From assembly GCA_031367385.1 (NCBI GenBank), contig JANLPS010000084.1:1-26973 (forward strand): a stretch of DNA of 26,973 nt, written 5' to 3'. Made by a program: the position numbers and the translations under genes. The stretch comes from Archangium sp. GTDB lineage: Bacteria > Myxococcota > Myxococcia > Myxococcales > Myxococcaceae. The notes beneath the pieces were generated by a model. The model did no database searches. It saw only the letters and a program-made list of their open reading frames with translations, and had not been told where the DNA came from. Of this stretch, positions 7,694 through 15,486 are shown piece by piece; the stretch's first letter is position 1; each line of letters opens with the position of its first letter.

Positions 7694-10600
7694 GCGCCTT
7701 CTCCCGAGGGCGAGGCCTGCGCGAGCCACAGCTGCTCGAAGCGAACCTGCGGCGGAGTCTGATGCAACCGCAGCCCCTGCACCGCGCTGCTGCCAATCGC
7801 GTGAAACCGCTCGTGGTACAGCGGTACCAGCACGCAGTCTTCGCGAACGATGATCTCGGCCTTGCGGTACAGCTGCTCACGCAACCCCGGGTCGATCGAC
7901 ACGCGCGCCTCATCGGTGAGCCGGTCGAACTCCGCGTTCTTGTACCCGACGCCGTAGTAGCCCTGCATCTTCGAGTGCAACAGCAGGTGCAAGAAGTTGT
8001 CGGGGTCGGCGACCTCGGCGATCCAGTTCGCGCGAAACACCGGGAGGCGGCCCTCGCGCACCTGGTCCCAGTAGCCGTCGCGAATTTCGACGTGGCTCAG
8101 CTCGACCAGGCCGGCCTCGATCAGCGGCCCGAACAGCCGAACGTCTTCGGCGCGAGTGTCGCGGTCAGGCGGGTAGTACAGCGTGATGTTCACTTTCGAG
8201 TGGCCGGCCTCGACCAACAATTTCTTCGCCAAAGCGATGTCGGTGCGCGGCTCGTACACGCGCTCGATGTCCATCAAGCTGGGGGGCGTGAGTGACCGTG
8301 CCACTCTCGCGCCCGGGTGAAAGGCATCGACCAACGCCCGAACGTCGAGGCCCGCGCGAATCGCCCGCCGCACCCGAACGTCGTCGAAGGGCGCGCTCGT
8401 CGCGTTGAAGCCGAGAAACCAGACCGACGGCGTGTTGACGGTGGCGGCTTTGGCCGGGTCGAGCCCGGCGGCCCGCAGGTTCTCGGCGTGCAGGTTCGAC
8501 ACCAGCTGCACCTCGCCTCGCCGATAGGCCGCCAGCGCGTCAGCGCGTGAGGGGTACGAGCGCACATCGACCCGCGCCAGCAGTGGCAGCCCCGGCCTGA
8601 AATAGGTCGGGTTTCGCTCGAGGGAGACCGACTTGTCAGACGCCTCGAGCAGCCGAAAAGGCCCGGTGCCGACCAGCTTGTTGCCGTCTTTTCGAGTCAC
8701 GCTCGCGGAGGGCAGGGCCAGGGTGCGCAAGAAGAACGCCCGCGGCTCTTCGAGGCGAATTTCGAGGGTATGGCTGTCGAGCACCTCGATGCCGCTGATG
8801 CTTCGCGCTTCCCCCGCGAGGTACTTCGACGCTCCGGCGATGTCTTTGAAGCGCGGGGCATCGGGCGCGGCCACGCTTGGGTTCATCAAACGCTCGAAGT
8901 GCGCCTTGACGTGCCCTGCGTTGAGCTGAATGCCGTCTGAGAAGCTGACACCGCGACGCAGGGTGAACCGGTAGCGGCGCGCGTTGGGGTCGGCCTCCCA
9001 TGACTCGGCGAGGTCTGGCACCAGCATGCCGTCTTCGAAGCGCACCAGCGTCGAGAACAATGCGCTCGAGACCTCAGAGATTTGCAAGTCAGCGGTGAAC
9101 AGCGGGTCGAGGTGGTGGGTCGCGTCGAGCGAAAAAAGCTGATGCAATGCCACCCGGAGCGTGCCGCCCGAGCGAGGTTGGGGCAGCTTGAAGCGAAAGA
9201 CCTCGGCGTCGAGGGTCTCGGCTTCTTGGGCCAGCTGATCAACGGTTCGCGAGAGCCCGTCGCCAATGCGAACCACGCGTTGCGCGTCTTCGCGCACCTC
9301 TGAGACTTCTTCGCTGATCGCCGTGTTGCCCTTGGCCAGCGTCATCTGCGCCGCGCGTATCTCGTCGACCGCTGCCGCCAATCGCAGCACCGAGTCGGAG
9401 AGCTCGCGACCCACCGCCGCCTGCCGAACCGCCTGCTGGGCCGCGTCATTGCCGACCCGCGACATGTCTTGCACGTGCTTGACCAGCTCGCGGCCGCTGC
9501 TGGCTTGCTCGTTGGCCTGATGCACCACCTCGACGACGCGCTGCGAGAGCTGATGACTGACCTCGACCAGCGCCGAGCCCTGCTCCTCGAGGCGCTGGGT
9601 CTCGGTTTGGGTCGACTCGACCGCGTTGAGCGCGCGCTGCGAGGTGTTGCGAATCTCGGTCAGGGCCTGTGAGGCCTTCTCACCGAGCTCGACGCCCGCG
9701 CTCGCTTCGTCGCGGCCGCGGGTGACCAGCTCGGCCGCACGGGCCATGCCTTCACGCACACCCTTGACCTGAATCGCGATTTCACGCGTCGAGCGCGCCG
9801 TCTTCTCAGAAAGCGTGCGCACCTCGGTCGCCACTACCGCGAAAGCCCGGCCGCTTTCTCCGGCTTGAGACGCGATGATCGCCGCGTTGAGCGCGAGCAG
9901 GTTCGTCTGATCAGCGATCTCCTGAATCACGTCGACGACTCGGCCGATCTCGTGACTGCTGGCCCCCAATGAATCGACCAGCTTCGCGGCCCGCTGCGAC
10001 CAGTCGTCGATGCGGTGAATGCCACGCAAGCTGTCGTTGACGAGCTGCGAGCCACGCGCGGCGGTGACCGTCACTTCACGCGCGAGCTCTCGGGTCTCAT
10101 CACTGCGGCGCCGAACCGCGTCGATGGCGCTCTCGGCTGCAGAGATGACCTCCTGCGCTTGGGTCGACAACCGCACCAGGGTCTCGCCTTTTTCAGCGAC
10201 CCCCGTGGCGCGCGAGCTGAGCATCTCGACGCGATCGACCGTGCGTTGTGCGGCGGCGTTCACGGTCGTAATCGACGTCGCGCCCTGCTCGATGCTCTCG
10301 GTGATCTGCGCCAACGCCGCAGTGGTGCCGCGCGCGAAAGTGTCGAGCTGGCCGACGCGCTTGGCGGTGCTGGTGAGGCTCTGACCCATGCTCTCGACCG
10401 CATGCTGCGAACGTTCGGCCGCCGAACCTTGGCGCCGCGCGGCTTCGAGCAGCGAGCGAGACTGACCTCCCACGTCATTGCTGGTGCGTCGCAGGCCGGC
10501 GGTGACCCGCTGCACCTGCCAGAGCGCCCGTCGCAGCGATAACGCGACCTGCTGCAGCTCGCCTTGATCAATCGAGGCGCTGGGCAGCTCGGCCAGGTCG

Positions 10601-10836
10601 CCTTGGGCGAGGCGGCTGAGCGCTGCCCGTCGAAGCTCGGCGCGACGCTGCGAGAGCCGGTAGAAGGTCACCCACCCCAGGGCCGTGAAGGTCGCCATGG
10701 TGATGATGAGCAAGGTCACCCACGCGCCGATGGTGGAGGGGTGGCCAGTGAATGCCAGGCACACCAGCCCGCTGACCACGCCCGCGCCCAGGCCCCCGAC
10801 CGGTCCAAACATGAGCAGCGACCAGCGGTTCTCCAT
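7690..10836 (-). CDS. Methyl-accepting chemotaxis protein (2 TM-HAMP-MA) fused to a C-terminal family-5 (DppA/OppA-like) solute-binding domain
   Basis: Two hydrophobic segments at aa ~7-30 and ~36-58; HAMP-like 'LSRLAQGDL...[10 protein letters not shown]'; hairpin tip [34 protein letters not shown]. From aa ~553, SBP_bac_5 motifs [56 protein letters not shown]. Confidence 0.9.
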   Translation of the reverse strand: MENRWSLLMFGPVGGLGAGVVSGLVCLAFTGHPSTIGAWVTLLIITMATFTALGWVTFYRLSQRRAELRRAALSRLAQGDLAELPSASIDQGELQQVALSLRRALWQVQRVTAGLRRTSNDVGGQSRSLLEAARRQGSAAERSQHAVESMGQSLTSTAKRVGQLDTFARGTTAALAQITESIEQGATSITTVNAAAQRTVDRVEMLSSRATGVAEKGETLVRLSTQAQEVISAAESAIDAVRRRSDETRELAREVTVTAARGSQLVNDSLRGIHRIDDWSQRAAKLVDSLGASSHEIGRVVDVIQEIADQTNLLALNAAIIASQAGESGRAFAVVATEVRTLSEKTARSTREIAIQVKGVREGMARAAELVTRGRDEASAGVELGEKASQALTEIRNTSQRALNAVESTQTETQRLEEQGSALVEVSHQLSQRVVEVVHQANEQASSGRELVKHVQDMSRVGNDAAQQAVRQAAVGRELSDSVLRLAAAVDEIRAAQMTLAKGNTAISEEVSEVREDAQRVVRIGDGLSRTVDQLAQEAETLDAEVFRFKLPQPRSGGTLRVALHQLFSLDATHHLDPLFTADLQISEVSSALFSTLVRFEDGMLVPDLAESWEADPNARRYRFTLRRGVSFSDGIQLNAGHVKAHFERLMNPSVAAPDAPRFKDIAGASKYLAGEARSISGIEVLDSHTLEIRLEEPRAFFLRTLALPSASVTRKDGNKLVGTGPFRLLEASDKSVSLERNPTYFRPGLPLLARVDVRSYPSRADALAAYRRGEVQLVSNLHAENLRAAGLDPAKAATVNTPSVWFLGFNATSAPFDDVRVRRAIRAGLDVRALVDAFHPGARVARSLTPPSLMDIERVYEPRTDIALAKKLLVEAGHSKVNITLYYPPDRDTRAEDVRLFGPLIEAGLVELSHVEIRDGYWDQVREGRLPVFRANWIAEVADPDNFLHLLLHSKMQGYYGVGYKNAEFDRLTDEARVSIDPGLREQLYRKAEIIVREDCVLVPLYHERFHAIGSSAVQGLRLHQTPPQVRFEQLWLAQASPSGEGA

Positions 10837-10914
10837 GGAGCGCTGACCCTATAGCAAGGGGTGCTCGGGTTGAAATTGCTGACGCGTGCGCGAGGTGAAA
10901 AAGCTACAAACCCA

Positions 10915-11847
10915 ATGATGGCCTCCCCCAGCGCACCGCCCCGCGTGTTGATGGTCGGCGCTGGCGCCGTGGGCCAGGTCTTCGCCTGGTACCTCATGCG
11001 CGGGGGAGCGTCGGTCTCATTTCTGGTCAAGCCGAGCCACGCATTGCCGAGCGAGCTGCCGATGCTCGAGCAGGTTCGCACCCCAACCGTGTTGCACGGC
11101 TTCGGCCGCCTGACCTCGACCGACGAGGTCGCCAAGCAAGACTGGGATCAAGTGTGGCTCGCCGTGCCCTCGAACGCGCTGAGTGAAGCCTGGCTGCCGA
11201 AGCTGCTGCGGGTGACTGGCGATGCCACGGTGGTGACCCTCGCCGCGGAGGGCGTGGCGCACATTCCTCCGTTACGGCGGGTGGTTGGGTCGATACCGTT
11301 CATCGCGTGGCAAGACCCGCTGCCGGGGCACTCTGGGCCCCAGCGGCTGGCTTTCTGGGTGCCGCCGATGGCGCCGGTCACGGTGAGCGGCGACGACGGG
11401 GCGCGGGTGGCGGCGGTTCAACGGGCGCTGCGCAACGGCAAGCTGAATGCGCCGCGGGTCACCGACTCCGTCAAGGCGGGTATGCCGGTCACCGCGTTGC
11501 TGATCGCCTCGATCGCGGGGCTCGAGGCGGCAGGGTGGCGGCTGGCCGACTTTCGGGGGCAGTGGTCAGCGCTGGCGGGCAGAGCCGCGCGAGAGGTGAT
11601 GGCGGGCGAGGGCGTCAGCGCGGTGTGGCGGCTGGCTGCACGAGGCCCGCTGCTGCGATTCGTGCTCTGGCTCGGAGCCCGGGTGTTGCCGTTCGACCTC
11701 GAGGCGTACTTGAAATACCACTTCACCAAGGTCGGTGAGCAGACCCGGGTCTTCATGGGGTTGTGGGTCAAGCGGGGCCGCGAGCGAGGCGTGCCGGTCG
11801 AGGCGGTTGATCAATTGCTCAAGGCGATCGGGCCGCATCGCACATGA
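10915..11847 (+). CDS. Ketopantoate-reductase (PanE/ApbA)-like NAD(P)-dependent oxidoreductase with divergent C-terminal domain
   Basis: RVLMVGAGAVG Rossmann motif and WDQVWLAVPS. Start at ATG 10915 or 10918. Confidence 0.65.
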   Translation: MMASPSAPPRVLMVGAGAVGQVFAWYLMRGGASVSFLVKPSHALPSELPMLEQVRTPTVLHGFGRLTSTDEVAKQDWDQVWLAVPSNALSEAWLPKLLRVTGDATVVTLAAEGVAHIPPLRRVVGSIPFIAWQDPLPGHSGPQRLAFWVPPMAPVTVSGDDGARVAAVQRALRNGKLNAPRVTDSVKAGMPVTALLIASIAGLEAAGWRLADFRGQWSALAGRAAREVMAGEGVSAVWRLAARGPLLRFVLWLGARVLPFDLEAYLKYHFTKVGEQTRVFMGLWVKRGRERGVPVEAVDQLLKAIGPHRT

Positions 11848-12644
11848 TCGGGGCCTTGCTCGCGGGGCTGATCAGCGCGGCGCCCGTTGATCAGGGCCGC
11901 TACGTGATGAGCGTCGGCGGCGCTCCCGTGGGCGTCGTCTCTTTCTCGGTCGTCGGCGGGCAGTACACCTACCAGTCGACGCAGGTGTTTCGCTCGAAGA
12001 CCAGCGACGTCACGTCGAAACGCTCGCTCGCCGAGGCGATCAAGCCCGAGGTGTGGTGGCTCTCACGACGGCGTGCCCCGGGGTGCGTGACCGTCTTCGA
12101 AGAGCGCGCGAGTAAGAACGAAGAGGTTTGCACGACCGATGACGGCGGGGGCACCATCGCGGGTGCTCCGTTTCACGCCGATTACGATGGCATGGGCGCG
12201 CTGGTTCACCTCGAGGTCGCCAGCGTTCGCTTCGACGCCTCGAAGGCCTCGTTGCCCGGCCGTGCCGACCCCTTCGCCGAAGGGTTCATCGTCACCGGCC
12301 ACGGCGCGGGAGTGGAGATCGACCCGCCGTTCGACGCAGTGACCGAGGTGACGGTCTCGCCGCTGACCTCCCGACCCTCAGACGACGATGAAGGCACCTC
12401 GTGCCTCGAGCTCGCGCGCGCAGAGGTGGCGAAGTCGCCTGGCAGCATCGTGGTGCTCGGCGTGGTCGTCGACGGCGACCGCGCCTGGCCGCACGCTTGG
12501 GTGAAGCGCACCAACGGCACGTGGGTCGACCCCACCCTCACCAAGGCTCTGCCCACCCGCCACTATCTCGCGTTTTCTCGCGACGCCGGCCGCCTGTATC
12601 TCGAGCTGCTCGCCGGCCAGCGGCGGCTCGTTCGGGGCCGGTGA
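11844..12644 (+). CDS. Secreted protein with C-terminal transglutaminase-like (Cys-His-Asp) motif set
   Basis: ATGA overlap; signal MIGALLAGLISA-AP; motifs SCLELA, PHAWV, WVDPT. Confidence 0.6.
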   Translation: MIGALLAGLISAAPVDQGRYVMSVGGAPVGVVSFSVVGGQYTYQSTQVFRSKTSDVTSKRSLAEAIKPEVWWLSRRRAPGCVTVFEERASKNEEVCTTDDGGGTIAGAPFHADYDGMGALVHLEVASVRFDASKASLPGRADPFAEGFIVTGHGAGVEIDPPFDAVTEVTVSPLTSRPSDDDEGTSCLELARAEVAKSPGSIVVLGVVVDGDRAWPHAWVKRTNGTWVDPTLTKALPTRHYLAFSRDAGRLYLELLAGQRRLVRGR

Positions 12645-12693
12645 CCTTTTTTCCCGAGCAGGTCTGGCGCCGCCTCGTTACGGTGCCCTCGCG

Positions 12694-13356
12694 ATGATTC
12701 GATGTGCGTTTCTTGGAGCCCAGTTCGTCGGTCAGCTCAGCCTGCGGCGCCCCGATGGTTTCGAAGTGGCGTGGCTCGGTACCGACGCCGCCCGCTTCGA
12801 ACGTGAAGTGCCAGTTCTCAAGCCAGACGTGGTCGTTCTCGACATTAACCACCTCGACGACGCCGACGCGGCGGTTCGCCGGCTCATCGAGGCGTGCAGG
12901 GCTGAGCTGAGCATCGTGACGTACTCGTTTGCCCGCCGTGCGCTGCTCCGCGCCCTCCAAGACCTTCAGGTTCGGGTGCTTCAGTCGCCCATCACGCTCG
13001 ACATGCTGCAGGCCCACCTCGGCCCGCTCATCGTGCGCGACCTTCTCGAAGCCCCCAAGAAAGAAAGCTCGCCCATGGTCGCGAACGTGCTCACTCCCGC
13101 TGCCCCACGGTACACCCGCGAACAACTTGGCCGGCTCCTCGAGGTGAGCAGCAGCATCGAGTGTGAGTGCCCGAACCACCTGGCGAAGCTCGTAGAGCAA
13201 CTGCAATCGTTCGAGGCCTACTCGAAAGACTGTCAGAGCAAGAACGACGCTGACCGCGCCATTCACACCAAACTCTATCAGGTCAGTGGTTCAGCACGCG
13301 CCGAGCTTGAGCAAGCGCTCGCAGACCTGATCGTGCACGAGAAGATTCAGCTCTAA
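12694..13356 (+). CDS. Hypothetical regulatory protein: receiver-like alpha/beta domain plus C-terminal helical domain with CECPxH motif
   Basis: KPDVVVLD, IVTYSFA, VLQSPIT resemble receiver-fold elements; C-terminal IECECPNHLAKLVEQLQSFEAYSKDC...IH. Confidence 0.6.
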   Translation: MIRCAFLGAQFVGQLSLRRPDGFEVAWLGTDAARFEREVPVLKPDVVVLDINHLDDADAAVRRLIEACRAELSIVTYSFARRALLRALQDLQVRVLQSPITLDMLQAHLGPLIVRDLLEAPKKESSPMVANVLTPAAPRYTREQLGRLLEVSSSIECECPNHLAKLVEQLQSFEAYSKDCQSKNDADRAIHTKLYQVSGSARAELEQALADLIVHEKIQL

Positions 13357-13365
13357 ATCGCCGAA

Positions 13366-14367
13366 TCACGTTTCAGCGAGCAACACCAACTTGCCTTCGA
13401 TGTTGCCCGCCTCGAGCCGCTCATTGGCGCGCCGTGCGTCGAGCAGGGGCAGGCGTTCGGCGATTCTGGGTCGAATCTTCGATTCGGCGAGCAAGGCGAA
13501 CAGCTTCGGGAGATCTTGCCGCAGCGGCCTGGGGTCTTTTCGATACAGCAGAGTGATGCCATAAAACGCGCCGGTCTTGCCGGTCAGTCGAGCCCACAAG
13601 AAAGTGTTCACCGCGCTTCGCAGCATCGACAGCAGCGAACCCGCGCCCATGAACCCGTACCAGACCAGGGTGCCGCCACGCTTGAGCGAGCGCAACGCTT
13701 GCCCGGTCTGCTCGCCCCCGATCGCATCGAACGCAGCATCAACGCCCTCTGGCAACAGCTGACGTACCGACTCGTCCAACGGGGTGAGCCGGCCTTCGAT
13801 GGGCGTCGCACCGTAGCTGTGCACCACGTCATGACGCTTGGCAGACGCCGCGCCGATCGCGTGAACGCCATGCGCACGCAACAGATCGAGCAACGCTTGC
13901 CCGACGCCGCCGTTGGCACCGTTCACCAGCGCCCATTGCCCCGGCTGCAGCGCCGCGGTGCGGTGAATCATCTGGTACGCAGTGATGTAATTCAGAATCA
14001 AGGCCACGGCTTCGGCGTCATCGAGGCCTACGGGCACCTTCACCCAATGCTCCGCGCCTCTGACCACGTAGGTCGCGTACCCGCCGTGCACCAAAAGGGC
14101 CGCGACGCGGTCTCCCACGCAAAAGCCAGTGACACCCGCCCCGATTGCATCGACCGAACCCACGGTTTCGTACCCTGGCACGAAGGGCATCGCCGGCGCG
14201 TACGGGTACGAGCCACGACGCATTGTCACGTCGGTCGAGCCCACCCCGGTGGCGCGCACCTTCACTCGAAGCTCGCCGGGGCCGGGCTCGGGCAGTGGCT
14301 GCTCAACGACCTCGAGCACCTCAGGGCCGCCCTTCTTCGTCAACATCACTGCTTGCATGGTCGTCAT
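13366..14367 (-). CDS. Medium-chain dehydrogenase/reductase, zinc-free quinone-oxidoreductase-like
   Basis: GGPEVL, PFVPGYE, NYITAYQM, LVNGANGGVG, GKLVL; no Zn-ligand cysteines. Confidence 0.9.
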   Translation of the reverse strand: MTTMQAVMLTKKGGPEVLEVVEQPLPEPGPGELRVKVRATGVGSTDVTMRRGSYPYAPAMPFVPGYETVGSVDAIGAGVTGFCVGDRVAALLVHGGYATYVVRGAEHWVKVPVGLDDAEAVALILNYITAYQMIHRTAALQPGQWALVNGANGGVGQALLDLLRAHGVHAIGAASAKRHDVVHSYGATPIEGRLTPLDESVRQLLPEGVDAAFDAIGGEQTGQALRSLKRGGTLVWYGFMGAGSLLSMLRSAVNTFLWARLTGKTGAFYGITLLYRKDPRPLRQDLPKLFALLAESKIRPRIAERLPLLDARRANERLEAGNIEGKLVLLAET

Positions 14368-14378
14368 CTGCTGATGAA

Positions 14379-14439
14379 TGCAATCGTTGCGCGCTGACGT
14401 CTAGGTGCACACGCGCAACCCTGACGTGCAACAGTGCAC
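14379..14439. promoter_or_regulatory. Divergent MDR/LysR intergenic region with repeated TGCA dyads (probable LysR sites)
   Basis: GCAA-TCG-TTGC (14380-14390), TGCA-CACG-CGCA (14406-14417), GTGCA-ACAG-TGCAC (14426-14439); the last two dyads are 21 bp apart. Confidence 0.55.
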
Positions 14440-14441
14440 TC

Positions 14442-15302
14442 ATGCAGTGGAATGATCTCCAGACCTTGTTGGCAGTGGCGAACGGCGCCACGCTCGCCGC
14501 CGCCGGAGCCACGCTCGGCGTCGACCGCACCACCATCAGCCGCCGCATCGTCGCGCTCGAAGAGCGGCTCAACACCGCGCTCTTCGTACGAACCCGCGAT
14601 GGGCTGGTGATGACTCCAGCCGGCAAACGGGTTCTGGCGAGCGTCGAGCAGATGGCCGAGGCCGCGAAGTCTGTCGAGCGCGGTGCGCTCGCTGATCAAG
14701 CCCTCGCCGGAGTCGTTCGGGTGGCGTGCACCGAAGCCCTGGCGCCCTTGCTCATCGAACAGGGGTTGCTCGACATCGCCGAGCGCTACCCCTCGCTCCA
14801 CGTCGAGTTGCTGGCCGGCAATCGCCGGCTCGACCTCGAAAAAGAAGAAGCCGACCTCGCCGTTCGCCTCGACCCCTTCAGGGGCGCGTCGCTTCGCGTT
14901 CGATGTTTGGCGCGCATGCCACTGGGGGTGTTCGCGGCTCCCAGCTATCTACGCTCGCACCCGGTGGCTCGGGCGAACGATCTGAGCGGCCACTCGGTGC
15001 TGTTGCCATCAGCCGAGCTCTCGCGCCTGCCAGAAGCGAGGTTCTTGGCGTCGATCAAGAACGTGCGGGTGGCGTTCAGCTCGAACAGCCCCCTCGCCCT
15101 GCTGGCCGCCGCCAAGCAGGGCCTGGGTCTGGTGGCCCTCACCTTGCCGTGGGGCGAGCGCGAGCCCGGCCTCGAACGGGTGATGATTCTCAATAGATTG
15201 CCGGTGCGCGCGATCTGGCTCGTCACCACCCAGAGCGGAGCCAAACGGCCCGCGGTCGCCGCAGTCGCCGACCACCTGGCGAGCCGATTCACCACTTCGT
15301 GA
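14442..15302 (+). CDS. LysR-family transcriptional regulator
   Basis: MQWNDLQTLLAVA...LGVDRTTISRRIVALEERLNTALFVR...TPAG HTH; DLEKEEADLAVR effector domain; divergent from the MDR gene. Confidence 0.93.
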   Translation: MQWNDLQTLLAVANGATLAAAGATLGVDRTTISRRIVALEERLNTALFVRTRDGLVMTPAGKRVLASVEQMAEAAKSVERGALADQALAGVVRVACTEALAPLLIEQGLLDIAERYPSLHVELLAGNRRLDLEKEEADLAVRLDPFRGASLRVRCLARMPLGVFAAPSYLRSHPVARANDLSGHSVLLPSAELSRLPEARFLASIKNVRVAFSSNSPLALLAAAKQGLGLVALTLPWGEREPGLERVMILNRLPVRAIWLVTTQSGAKRPAVAAVADHLASRFTTS

Positions 15303-15486
15303 AGATCACGCGCAACCCGCCAAGATCGCGCCCTTTTTTCGCGACGCCCGACAGCGGTCTCGAGCGGCGTGGTGGGCCGGCGGCTGGTCATGTCTGGGGT
15401 CGCTGATCAGGCGCCCCCGACCTACATTGTCACCCGCTTCTCGCGCGTGCGCTGCGGAGCGGAAAAGGGCATTCTGCGGCCTCCCG

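Noticed and set aside
11844..12644. Lasso-peptide system (B2-like C/HAW protease plus AsnB-like cyclase at 18855)
   Set aside because: The genes are 6 kb apart, the protease-like protein is secreted, AsnB keeps an intact glutaminase Cys, and no precursor or RRE gene was seen.
15303..15486. 184-bp spacer with a T-run (15333-15339) as possible terminator or sRNA
   Set aside because: No convincing GC stem directly before the T-run and no recognisable RNA motif.
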